Both the position numbers and the translations under genes were made by a program. Shown piece after piece: positions 32,165-45,805 of a stretch of DNA of 64,000 bases. The DNA lies in assembly GCF_009914755.1 (NCBI RefSeq), contig NC_060935.1; one strand, given 5' to 3'. Positions within the stretch are counted from its first letter, which is position 1. Every line of letters begins with the position of its first letter. The DNA comes from the human T2T-CHM13v2.0 reference genome, Homo sapiens. The notes beneath the pieces were generated by a model. The model was not told the origin of the DNA. It saw only the letters and a list, made by a program, of their open reading frames with translations, and did not search any database.

Positions 32165-34932
32165 TCACCACTAAGCCTGACATTAGCTGTGGGTTTTTGT
32201 AGTTTCCCTTTGTTGGGTTGGGAGTGCAGGAGCAGAATAGATTCGAATCTTCTCCTCCTGGTTTACTGAGAGCCTTTGTCGTGAATGAGTGCTGAATTTT
32301 GTTGAATGCTTTCCTTGCATCTGTGGAAATGACCGTGTGGTTTTTCTGTGTTGGTCTGCTAATAGTGAATGACAATTGATTTTGAAATGTTAAACTAACT
32401 TTGCATTCCCGGGTACGCTCCACAAGGTCATATGTGTTCTCTTTATATATTGCTGGAATTGATTTGATGTTTTGTTAAGGGATTTTTGTGTCTAGGCTCC
32501 TGAGTGGACTTTAATTTTCTTGTCATGTCCTTGCATGGTTTTGGCACCAGGGTGATGACAGTTTCACAGAGGAGCTGGGACATGGCCCGTCTTCCTCTGT
32601 GTCCTGGAAGTGTCTGTGTAGCGGGGTGCTTTTCCTCCATTAGTGTTTGGTGGGCTCCACTGGTGAGTCTTGGCCTGGACGTCTTTGTGAGACTGGGCCC
32701 TTTCCTAACTCCGGCAACAGACCTTCGTGCTCGAGAGCCCTGGCTCCTTTGGGGCTCCTGCTCCCACCTTACACGCGACAGAGGGGGACCGAGGGCTGTG
32801 GCATCACAGTCGTGGGCATCTACTGGCTGGCCACACCCTGGTACACCCTCTCCTGGGGCACCCCAGTACCAGGCCCGCTGGAAGGAAGGGCAGTCATCCT
32901 GTTGATCCCCACAAAGATGGCAGCAGGGAGGGCGCGGCGTGCTATGGAGAAGGCGTTGAGTCTGGGGTTTTGTGCAGCACCTTCAAGAGGGGACAGCAGG
33001 GCCAAGGGAGGCTGGGAGGGCGATTTGAGGATAGGCACTCAAGAGGCTGAAGGCTGACTAGCCTCTTGCGCCCGGAGGACAGGCAGGGAGCCAGAAGAGA
33101 GGCCCCAGACTGAGCCCCAGAGGCCACCAATGGCATAGGCTGCTCAGACACAGACAGGGAAGAAAAGGCCTCAGGGCTGCAGTGAGGGTTGGGAGAGGGA
33201 TGCAGGCTGGCAAGGAGGTGGGAAGGAAGAAAGCAAGAATTTTGGCCACTGGAGTAGCCGGATGCAAACGGTCAATAGGGCAAAATGCTGCTGAGGATGT
33301 CACAAAGGTGCGTCTGACTCTGCTGCAGCCTGGGAGGCCAGGTGACCATGGCAGCAGAGAGAGGGCATCTCAGGTCAAGTGCCCCTGCCCTCTGGCTGTG
33401 GCCTGACGCCCTCTCCTGGTCTCCTGCACACCCTCGGCCTCTGTTGGCACCTGGACCAGACCACTCCCAGTCAGCCTCCAGCCAGACCTCACTGCTTGAC
33501 AGTTTCTCCAGCTGGAGGTCCCAGTCTACATTCAGCTAAAAATGTCTGCTGTCCCCACTCACAGCAGCAGCAGCGGGGGAAAGGGGAGTGCCCTCTGCCT
33601 CTGTCCCATGCTCTCAGCCCCCCTCCCCTGCCCCCACTGGTGGGGCCCTGATTGCTCATGCTCAGAGGCCCCAGAATTGGGTAGGGAGGACCCTTAGTCC
33701 ACAGCATTTGAAGGGAAGCAGGGCGGGCGGGTGCAGGCCGAGAGTGGACAGGTGCTTTGGGGCCCACTCCCCTTCCCCAGCTGGAAATACAGACAGCCCA
33801 AAGAGCAGGAGGGCGCACTGGGAAGACCCCGCAGTTTCCTGAGCTCATACGGGCTTACCAGCGTGGGGAGCGGACCACGGTCAGCAGCAGTGTGTGGCAG
33901 AGCCCGCAGGGGAAACGTTGCCCGCAGACCATACACGGGCAAGATCTGGGACCCCCACTTCTGCAGCGTTCCGGGTCTCCCTCACCTCTCCCCTCCCACC
34001 ACCTTCTGCAGCACGGGCTTAAGGAAATACCAGTGTTTTTCTGCAAAGAAACAGAGGGTCCGTCCAGGTCTGGCTGCCTCTTCGGCTGCCTGTGTTTAGA
34101 CCTCCAAAGGCTGCTCCCGGCAACCCCTGCCCAGCTGCTCAACCTGAAAGAGGGGTCGGTAGCAAGGGCCGGGAGGCGCCAGGGCGCTGCGGCCGGATCC
34201 CAGGTGAGTTCCTTGACTCCGCGCCGCGCAGGTCACTGTGGCATAACTGGGAAAACCGCCGCTTCTCCCTCGGGAGCGGAGGCGGAGGGCCACGTCCTCC
34301 CTGGGGGTGCACAATCTCTGCTTGGACAACGCCCGCGTGCAGTAGCCCCACAGACTCCCATGCAGCCCCCCCGCCACGTGTGCCGCATCCGCGCCCTGCA
34401 TGCAACACCCGCCCCCTCCAGCGCAGCATGCCCCTCGCTGGCGTGCAGCACCCCCCATGTGTGCAGCACCCCTGCCCCGAATACAGCACCTCTCCCCAGT
34501 ACAGCACTCCCGCCCCGCATGCAACACTCGCCCCCCTCCAGGGCAGCATCCCCATCCCCCGCGCGTGCAGCACCCCCTCGAGGGGCGGGAAACTCTTTGG
34601 GACACCCGGGGTCACGCCCTGCAGGGTAAAACCCCCGTCCAGGGCAGCCATCTGCACCCCCTCGCCATGGGCCCACTGCCTGCTCCGTCCCGGGATGCGC
34701 CTTAATGGCGGGTCGGGCGGCAGCGGGAGCTCTGCTGCCTGGTGGGACCGGACGTGGCAGCCGGCGGGCTGGAGGCTCCCAGGTCCCGGCCTCGCCCTGG
34801 CCTCGCCTCGCCCCCTAGAGTCTCCCCGAGCGCTCGTAGCGGCGGGGCGGGGTGGGGAGGCGCTGATTGGCCGGCGCGGGCACCGCTTGCCGCCGCCACG
34901 GCATCCCGCTGCGTTCGTACAGGCTCGTGTCG

Positions 34933-35215
34933 ACTCGGCTCCGTTGCGCGGCCCGGCTCGGCTCCCCTCAGCTGCGCTCGACTCCGCTGTTCGGCTCGGC
35001 TGTTCGGCTTGGCTACAGGGCTCGGCTGTTCGGCTTGGCTACATGGCTCGGCTGCGCGGCTCGGCTCTGTTCGGCTCGGCTCGGCTGCTGGGCTCGGCTG
35101 TTCGGCTCAGCTGCGCGGCTCGGCTCGTCTCGGCTCTGTTCGGCTCGGCTCGGCTGCTGGGCTCGGCTGTTCGGCTCAGCTGCACGGCTCGGCTCGGCTC
35201 GGCTCGGCTCGGCTG
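34933..35215 (+). repeat. Degenerate (CTCGG)n pentanucleotide array in promoter/5' UTR
   Basis: Repeated CTCGG/TTCGG units with an internal duplication and a perfect run at ~35188-35214. Confidence 0.9.
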
Positions 35216-35227
35216 CGCGGCCGCTGA

Positions 35228-36223
<996 letters not shown>

Positions 36224-39117
36224 TGACCTGCATTCCCACGGGGCAGGGAGAGGCCATTGGTGCTGGGACCAGAAGTGCGTGGGACCTGACCCGTGGAGCA
36301 GCCCCGCGGCCTGCCGGTGGAGGGGGCTTCCCGGTGGGGCCTGGCTGTCATTCTAGGGAACAGGCCGGGTCCCTGCGGGGCCGAACCCAGGCCAGAGGCA
36401 ACCCAGCTACCCTCGCATGTGGCCAACTCTCCCCGGCCCGCTGGGTTTGGCTAGCCCTTCATCTGGTCAGGCACATTCACAGAGTCGCCTTTGTGGAGGC
36501 TGGGGCTCAGCCATTTTCTTTCTTCTCTCAGGACCGGCCTGTCTCTTGGTGTCCCCGAGGTCCCACGGCACTGCCTCTCCCTTCCAATCCGAGAAGTTCC
36601 TTAGACCCGGGCGGGCAGGGGTGGAGGGAAGGAGGAGGAGAGCGCTGGTGCAGGGTGGAGGCTCAGCCCCTCACGGCTGCACAGAGGAGGAGCTGGGAGG
36701 TGGCGTTGGGGAAAGAAAGTGGGCCAGGCCCAGGCTCTTGGGGGAGGGCCGTGGCTGTGATGTAACTACGGCAGAGCTGCAGGAAGGGGTTTAGACTGAG
36801 GGGTTCAGGGGAGCTGCCTCACCTTGGGTGCACAGCCTTCCGCCACCCGCCACGGCACGGAAGGGCCCCTGGCCACAGGGCAGGACCTGGGCAGGTGGGG
36901 TGGTGCAGCCTGGGTTGGAGAAGGAGGTGGCATTCAGCCCATGTCACCTGAGTTCAAAATTCTCGTCTTTCCCGGAAAGAAAAACTAGTGTGTGAAATCC
37001 GTGGTGAAGGAGGGGCCCAGGGCAGCAGGATGCAGGAGTCAGTGAGATAATCCAATTACGGTCCCAATAAAATGTTATTATAAGGAAACATCTGCGTGTA
37101 AATGAAGACACGATGAGTTATGTGCTGTGCGCGGCCTCGGTGGGTAGGGGCTGGTCTCCACTCTTCATGGCATTCTGCTGGCGGCAGTTAATTACGGGAG
37201 GTTTCCACTGTAATTAACAGTAATGAATACAAAAGGATGGGCTGTGTGTGTCTACAACGTGCTGAGAGAGATATTTAGAAAACAGCTCGAGGGGGGGCAC
37301 AAAGCGGCCCCTCTCTCCCGAGTTATGACGGGCAGAGCGCAAGCGTGTCACCGGGAGGGCCCTGGAGAAGGCCACCATTTCTGTGCGTCTTCTGTTGCTG
37401 CTGCTGAAGGGTCACCAGGAGTTGGGTGGACATGGGGCCTGGAGTGTGTGTGCTGGGCCACTTGGCACCAGATGCCAGGAGAGCTGCCAGGTCCCAAGCT
37501 CAAGAGGGAGATAGGCTTCCTGCCAGGAGACCTCCGTGGGAGAACGGGAGGCTGGGCTTCTGGCCGCCACCACCCGAGGACGATCTGATCCTGCCGTTGA
37601 GAACGCTTCTCCTTCCAGGGACCTGGCCACAGGGGAGCTGTGGAGGCCTTGCTTGGGGGGCCATTGGTGTGGACGCGACTCCAGCCCCTTCCCCGTGTCT
37701 GTGGCTGGCAGCTTTGTTTGGCCCTCTCTGTTCATCTCTCTCAGCCTGAGACCTTGGAAGGAGGAGCTGCTCGACTTGAGGTGGCCACTGAGAGGGAGGT
37801 GGTCAGTGGCAGTGGCAGTGAGCCTTGTGGTGCCACGAGAGCCCTTCCACCCGGCTGACCCAAGCTGGGGCCTGCTGGACGGTGGGCCAAAGATGTGGTC
37901 CGAAACCTGCCCTTGGGGAGTCTGGCCGTGTGGGGAGGGGAGACCACGCAGCACCCCCACCGGGGCCTGGAGGACGCCCTTCTAGACGCCGCAGGGTCCG
38001 GTCGGCTGTCTTCTTCTGCCTTTCAGCGTGAGCGCTGCATGGTCTCACCTGTACGGCACCTCCCTGTCTTGTTGGGTCTGTGCGTCCTGCAGGGCCAGTG
38101 TGGCTGTAGGGTCGTCCTTCTGCATGGGGCGTCCTCTGCACAGCTCCCCTCGGTGGCTGTGGGGGTTGCCTTCAGTGGTCTCACTGCCGGTGCCAGGCAC
38201 CAGGTGAAGCCGTCAGAGCACTGAGCATCTGTGGAAGCCTCCTCGCCGGCTGCTTGGTGGTTTCTGGCCAAGACTTAGGGGGATGTAGGCTGGGGTTGGG
38301 GTGGGAACCCACCTGCAAAGGTGCTGCCTTAGCTTTTCTTGGGGCTGAGAAAGGCTTGTGTAGCCTCATCTGAGCTTGACCCCTGCAGAGATGCCGAGAC
38401 ACAGTCCCTGCCAGCAAGGGCAACCATGGAGGTTGGAGGGCGCAGACACTCCGAGTTGGAGCATGCAGGTCCAGGAGGGTGTGTGGCACGGGCTGGGTGG
38501 CTTTTGTCCCTGCGCGCCTTTGTCCCTGTGCCCCATCAGTACGTGGAGCAGGGCACCTTCTTGCCCAAACCTCGGCTTAGCTCCTGAAATCTGGGAGGCC
38601 TGGGAGGGCCCTGTGGGAGGAGCTGGAGAACCTCGGGCCCTTGGAGCTGTTCTTGGGGGCAGGCGGGTGGGCTGCATGGGACGATGAGGGGCCTGCCTTC
38701 GGGAATCCTCTGTCTGGGGGGCGGGAGAAAGGAATAATGGCCGCGATAGGGCTCCCTGCGAGGGAACGAAGGAGCTAGGATGAGGGGCTGCCCTGCAGCT
38801 CACCTGGCAGTGTTCACCTGCTGTGGCGTGGGGGAGGGACCTAGGCTGCCAGGGACCTGGGGCCGCCCCTCCATGTTCTCAATGGCCTTTAGGAAGGTTG
38901 AGCCCTGGTGGCTGCCAGGGTGGAGAGGGGTCCTGGGATGGGAGGAGTCATTGAAGATGGAACAGGTGAGGGGAGGGAGAGCCTGTGCCTGGGAGACCCT
39001 GGGGGTGACCCCAGGCCCAGAAGCTGGAGGCAGATGTGGAGGGGAAGGAAGCTGGTCTGAGATGGGGTCTGTTTAGAAAGTTGAGCAGGACGGGCAGCGA
39101 TGGGCTGTGGTGTGCAG

Positions 39118-40280
39118 GTCCCTGGAGATGGGCCATGGAGATGGGTCCTGGAGATGGGTCCTGGAGATGGGCCCCTGGAGATGGGCCATGGAGATGGGTC
39201 CTGGAGATGGGTCCTGGAGATGGGTCCTGGAGATGGGTCCTGGAGATGGGCCATGGAGATGGGTCCCTGGAGATGGGCCCCTGGAGATGGGCCATGGAGA
39301 TGGGTCCTGGAGATGGGTCCTGGAGATGGGTCCTGGAGATGGGCCATGGAGATGGGTCCCTGGAGATGGGCCATGGAGATGGGTCCTGGAGATGGGTCCT
39401 GGAGATGGGCCATGGAGATGGGCCATGGAGATGGGTCCTGGAGATGGGCCCCTGGAGATGGGCCATGGAGATGGGTCCTGGAGATGGGCCCCTGGAGATG
39501 GGCCATGGAGATGGGTCCTGGAGATGGGTCCTGGAGATGGGTCCTGGAGATGGGCCATGGAGATGGGCCCCTGGAGATGGGCCCCTGGAGATGGGCCATG
39601 GAGATGGGTCCTGGAGATGGGTCCTGGAGATGGGCCATGGAGATGGGCCATGGAGATGGGTCCTGGAGATGGGCCCCTGGAGATGGGCCATGGAGATGGG
39701 TCCTGGAGATGGGTCCTGGAGATGGGCCATGGAGATGGGTCCTGGAGATGGGCCATGGAGATGGGTCCTGGAGATGGGTCCTGGAGATGGGCCCCTGGAG
39801 ATGGGCCATGGAGATGGGTCCTGGAGATGGGTCCTGGAGATGGGCCATGGAGATGGGTCCTGGAGATGGGCCATGGAGATGGGTCCTGGAGATGGGTCCT
39901 GGAGATGGGCCATGGAGATGGGTCCTGGAGATGGGCCCCTGGAGATGGGTCCTGGAGATGGGTCCTGGAGATGGGTCCCTGGAGATGGGCCATGGAGATG
40001 GGTCCTGGAGATGGGTCCTGGAGATGGGCCCCTGGAGATGGGCCATGGAGATGGGTCCTGGAGATGGGTCCTGGAGATGGGCCATGGAGATGGGTCCTGG
40101 AGATGGGTCCTGGAGATGGGCCCCTGGAGATGGGCCATGGAGATGGGTCCTGGAGATGGGTCCTGGAGATGGGCCATGGAGATGGGTCCTGGAGATGGGT
40201 CCTGGAGATGGGTCCTGGAGATGGGCCCCTGGAGATGGGCCATGGAGATGGGTCCTGGAGATGGGCCCCTGGAGATGGGC
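39118..40280. repeat. 13/14-bp minisatellite (TGGAGATGGG + TCC/CCA/CCCC/TCCC), roughly 88 units
   Basis: Four variant unit types interspersed over ~1.16 kb. Confidence 0.98.
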
Positions 40281-41433
40281 TGTGCAGGGCTGAGCCCGGA
40301 GAGCGCATGGGTAGACAGGACCCGGCAGCCTCCCCAGCCATGAAGGTGAAGGTGGACTCAGCGTGGGGTGTCTGCTGCGAGACCCCAGGAATTCTGTGGC
40401 CTTCCCCACATCAGGCCCTGGCCATCTGACCCCAGCTGTTTTGTCAGGGCAGCAGCAGCCTGGGGCTGGACTGAACCCCTCATCTGCCCTGCACGGGGTT
40501 TCTACAAGCTGAGGTCTCAGGACGCTGTTCTCAGGGGCGCCGTGCACAGAGCCCGGGGAGCCAGCATGGTGGGTAGCCCTCCCATCTGAAGTCTCCCTGG
40601 CCCCCTGAAGTCCCTGGAAAGGCCCATTTGGTGTCGCTGGGCGCCATGTCAGTGACTGCGCCAGGGTGGAGGCCTCAAGATGCTGCCCCTGGCGTCTTCC
40701 TGCCCTGCATGCCCTCCACAGGGAGCCCCCTTTCCAGCTGAGAGCTGGCCTTGAGTGTCCCTGTCAGGGCCCTTGGCACAGAGGTTCCGGGTGGTGAGGA
40801 CGGCAGTTCCCCTAGGCGGGGGCGGGAGGGTCGTTGGAGGCGGGAGCCCTAGGCCCTTGTCCTGTCCCCACCCACTGTGGCCCTGGGCACCTCAGGTGTG
40901 TGTGTCCCTGTTGACGTGGGTCTCCCTGCCTTGTCACTGGCAATGGCTGGAAAAGACACGCTGGGCAGAGGGCACCGCCCGGCCCTGATCGTGCTGGCCG
41001 TGCTGGCCCTGCTCTGCTGAGGTGCGTGCACGCCGTGGATTTCCTGGATGTGGAAGCCTCAAGGCCAGGCTGTGCCCCCTCCCCCAGCTGTGCCAGGGAG
41101 GGCTTTCCAGAGTCACCGTGGCTGGCTGCTGCCCCGCCTGCTCCACCATCTGCCCGAGCAGGGAGTTGTGTCCAGAACCACTGGGGAATGCAGGGCCTGG
41201 GCTGTGATGTGAGGTTGGCCTCTAGGCTTCAAGGGGATCTGTTTCTGGCAAATCTCACGCAGGCCCAGCTGGAGCTACTATCAAGGGCCGTGGCTCCTGC
41301 CCACGACCCAAGCTCCAGGGCCTCTGGGTCCCCACCATCGTTGGCTGCCGAGGTGGCCAGGTCCCTTCCTTGCTCTGAGGGTGGCTGGGAGTGTCTTAAG
41401 GTTGTCGCTGTGCCAGGTGTGTGTGGACCCCTG

Positions 41434-41606
41434 CGTCCCCCGCTCCTCGTCTCTCTTCCCTTCCACCCACGTCCCCCACTCCTGGTCCCTCTTCCCTTCC
41501 ACCCACGTCCCCCACTCCTGGTCCCTCTTCCCTTCCACCCACGTCCCCCACTCCTGGTCCCTCTTCCCTTCCACCCACGTCCCCCACTCCTGGTCCCTCT
41601 TCCCTT
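41434..41606. repeat. 36-bp pyrimidine-rich minisatellite, ~4.7 copies
   Basis: Unit cgtcccccactcctggtccctcttcccttccaccca. Confidence 0.92.
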
Positions 41607-44600
41607 ACAGCCGCCTCGAGGACTGCATGGGGCCAGCAAGGCCTGTACCCCAGGACACCAGAGTTGCTCGGACCGGCTCCCGGACCTGGGCCTAAGCGAG
41701 CTCTCCTGGTTCTCACTCCCGAGTCTGCGGAGTGACCCCGGGCCCTCTCATCATGGCCTCACCCTGCTCCGGCGCTCTGGGTGCTTTGAAGCAGACAGGA
41801 GACCCCCTCCAGGCTGGCCCGAGGGCAGGTCAGACCCCAGTCCCTGGGAACAGCCTGAGTGGGCTGTGCCTCCCCGTCGGCCACTGGCGCTCAGGAGGAG
41901 CCGTCGGGAAGGCCCCTTTGCCATCACCTGGTGGCGCTTGCTTGAGGGCTTCTGTGCCTTCCAGTCCTCACTGGGCACAGACTAGCTTCTTTGGGCACCT
42001 GGGGAGGGTCAGGCTGTCTCTGAAGTCAGCAGCCCTGCTGGGCAGCCGGCACCAGGAGAGGAGGCGGGCTGGTCCCCGTGACTGCCGGCCGCCGGCATCC
42101 ACCTATGTGGGGCTGTGCCTAGATGGTGGCACTGTGGGGCATCACTGTGCAGTTCTGGGCCCTGCCCTCAGCTCTGGACAGCCCACCTGGACCCTGGCCC
42201 CTCGGAAGTGGAAGGACTGGGACCTCAGGGCCCCTGAGTGTAGAATGGGGTTTCCCTGAAGCTTGTGCGAGGTTCCAATGGCTGGAAACACCGTACCGCG
42301 CAGGAGGACGGCAGACCAGCATCTGTCAGGCCCCTTGGGGCTCACATGGCTGGTCCTCTGTGCTGCCCTGTGCTCTGCAGGAAGTTAACGGCACCCTGCC
42401 ACCTCCTCTGTGCAGGGCAGCCCCGCTTTCACCTGTAGGGCTGGTGCCTGTGTCAGGCCCAAGCCCCAGGTCCTAGCCTAGGCTGACCAAGCGGCCTGCA
42501 GATCTCCCTGAGGCCTCACCCCAGGGATGTCCGCCGGGCCAGGCTGCCCTGAGCCAGCTGCCTGGGGCTCTGGACAAGATGGAGGCTGGGCTGGGGCAGA
42601 GGCTGCAGGGACAAAGCACGGATTGTGCCAAGCCGGCTGCCTTTCAGGGCCCGGCCTGCCAGGTCCAGGCCTTGTTCTACCGCCTCTGAGGGGCCAGTGT
42701 TCTGGGCCCAGCAGCTGGGAGCCAGGCCCCACCCACAGAGCAGTGCTCCCGAAAGTCCTGCTGTTAAAGAGAAACTCCTCGTTTTCCTGGACGCCTCCAG
42801 CTTCCCAGGCTCGTTCTGCCTTCAGTCCCGGGGCCCACGGAGGCCGTGGCTGCCCTACGCTGCTTTGCCCCAGGGGCCTGGGCTGCAGGCTGGGCCTGGC
42901 TTCCTCCCCGAACCCTGGAGAGTGACAGCACCACCCCCAGTGGATGGCAAGGTCCCATCGGTTGGCATGTGTCTCTCTGGGCACCATGCTCCTCGTTGGG
43001 TGCCACGTCCTTGGGCTGAGCTTGGGTCCTGTCTGCCCTGGGGGTACCATCCTATGAGGACAGAGCTGCCTTTCCTGGGTGGCCATGGCAGCCTCATGGC
43101 ACTGGCTGAGGGGAATGGACACTTCTGGGATGGAGCTGGGCTGGGGTGGGGCTGGGTAGGGCCAGTGGGAGTTCTGGGCACCTTGGCCTGAGGGGGATGG
43201 GGGTGCCCAGGGCATTCACGCCATCACTGCCCACTTGGCTTAAGCTGGAGCCCAGGGCCCTGGAGGGCAGGCTGGCCTTCCCGGCCCCGGGCAGAGGTGG
43301 GAGGGCGCCTGGACGGCTGCCTGCATGATCCCCGTGATACAGCGGGGATGGCTGCACGTCGGGCTGAGTCCAGCTGTGGGTGGTTTGCGGGGGGCACAGG
43401 GAGCCTGCCTGGCCAGGAATGTGGCCTCTGCGGGTGTCTTGGCCTGGGAGCCCCCGGGGAACCCTTTGTATGGGAGAAGGGGTCGGGATAGGGGCTGGGG
43501 GGCAGTGCCTGGTGGCCCTCCATGCTGAGGGAAAGCCCCTCTTCACAGCTAGCATCGGGCCTCGTGTCCTCAGCACCCTGAATCAGCTGCAGGGCTAGCT
43601 GCTGCCTGAGCTGCCTGGTTGGGGCTGGCCTGGGCCCCTGATTGGCTGCTTCCCTGGGCGGGGGTGACGTTGCTGCCCTGGGTCCGAGAGTTATCTTGTG
43701 CGGACAGAGGTAATAGGTGTGGTACCCGCCCCGGGAAGGGTGGTGGCCAGGGTGGCCATGTCAGGCGCCTTGGCCCTGCCCCCTGGGGATACAGGGGGTG
43801 GAGAGGCAGCCCCAAAGCTGGGTTCTCAGAGACCTGGGGTGGCCAGATGGGGGCTCATTCAGCTGCCCCCTGTGCAGCCCCTTGGTGCCATTAACTTTCT
43901 GCAGAGCGCAGGGCAGCACAGAGGGCCAGCCAGGCCAGGGGGCCAGAGGTTCCCCTCCCACACAAGCTCCGAGGTGTCCAGACAGGAGGCGGTGGCCCCA
44001 GTCCGCATAGGCCTTTCCCCAGGGCAGCCCTTTCCCCAGGGTTAGGCTGCAGGCCCTGCCGGTGTGGCTTCAGGAGTCCTGGTCCCCGCACTCAAGCTTC
44101 CCTCCTGCTCATCTGTGATGGGGCCTGGGTGTACCCAGGTCCTTGGTAGGCGCCAGGAGATGTGTGGGGCCCCCTGGAGCCTGGAGCCCCCCCAGCCCCT
44201 CCGCTTATCTTTGGTGTCTGGGGCGGAGACTGGCCCTTGGCACCCGCGGCCGTCCCTGGCTTTCGTCCTGCGCCGTCCTGGGTCTTTGGGTCCCTCTGCC
44301 AGCCCCGTGGTGACTTCTTGCACACAGGGTTTGCAGGGGGGCTGCGGAATGACTCCGTCCCTTCCACAGCACACGGGCACCTCCAGCCAGGAAGGAGCTG
44401 GGCAGGCAGCCCCGCCCCAGGCCAGAGCCACAGAGCCGTTGTGACTGGGGGTCTCTGGCCAGGACGTTCCTGTGCTGTCTGTTGTGGGCAGGCCCCCCCA
44501 GGGCAGGGCCACCTCCAGGGTACTTGGTTCCAGACGCTGGCTGAGTGGTCACTTGTGTCCACACCGCAGTTTCCCTATCTGTGAAGTGGCTTGGATAGGA

Positions 44601-45700
44601 TGGTGGGGTGGTGCCGGGGGGTTGCTCTTGCCGGGACTGAGCCCAGGGCCTGGCCCTGCCACTGGGGCCAGCGTCAGCCTCAGGACAGCCGAGGAGGGGA
44701 GATGGCTTGTGGGCCAGGATGCCCGAGGGTGGGGAGAAGCAGCTCAGATGGCGTCACTGTGTTGCCTTCCCCCAGCCGATGGGATTTTTGTGGAGCTCTC
44801 TCTGCTGGGGACAATGAGAGGGGAGCCGTGAGCCGTGATAGGGATTGTGGCAAGGCCGGGCTGGTCAGCTGGGGATGCCAGGGCCGCACAGTCCCTCGGG
44901 GCTCAAACTGGCAGCTGTCCCCCCAGGGCTCTGGGCTGGTGAGGAGCTTGTCCTGCCCGTCCCTCTGCTGCCACAGTAACCCCGGACACATCCCATGTCA
45001 TCTGCTGTGGCCCTGCCTTCTGCCGGGTGGACATGGGGGATTTGGGGTACAGGGAAGCAGTGAGTTCTGGGCCGACCAAATTCCCCGGTGCCGTCGGGCC
45101 CAGCCTCCTTCTTCCTTGGCACCCTGGGGTGTGTCGTGGCTGAGCCCCAGCTCTGTGGTTCCCGAGGCTTTTCTGGGATGGAGGCCTCGCTCCGGGTCCT
45201 GGTGTTTTCACATGGGAGCAGAGGAGAGTGCCCCAAGCCTGGCGAGCACCGCCTGTAGCCGCCAGCAACACCCCCCACCTCCGTTACGCAGGAATAGTCC
45301 CAGCCACCATTTATTGTAAACATTTGGTCTGCACATATAACAGAGAAACTCTTGAAAACCAAAGGGCCGTTATCACCCTGAGAAATTAGCACTGATTTCT
45401 AGAAACTGGCAGGAAGCCAGTCGGATGCTGGGATTTTAACTTTAAAAGAACATTTCCCAGGCCTGGGCCTCCGCCGCCAGCCCAGTCTCCCTGCAGGAGG
45501 GAGTGGGCAGGCGCTGGGCTCTGCGTGGGGCCGTGGACTCAGTCTCCCGCCCCCTCCATGGCTGGGGGCTGTTCCCAGGGGCCCTAAGCCTCAGCTTTCC
45601 CCGGAGGCCCGGGCATGGGGTGGGCCTGGGCTCTGCATCTCTCAGAAGTTTCCAGGTGATGCTGACGCTGGTTGGGGGACCCCACTTGGAGAGCTGGGGT

Positions 45701-45805
45701 GGCGGTGGCCTCCTCTTCCATAACCCCTGACCCTGGGCGGTGGCCTCCTCTTCCATAACCCCTGACCCTGGGCAGTGACCGCCTCTTCCATAACCCCTGA
45801 CCCTG
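45701..45805. repeat. 35-bp tandem repeat x3
   Basis: ggcggtggcctcctcttccataacccctgaccctg at 45701, 45736 and 45771. Confidence 0.85.

Noticed and set aside
38889-40547. Six ORFs of 397-552 aa
   Set aside because: Produced by a stop-free 13/14-bp minisatellite.
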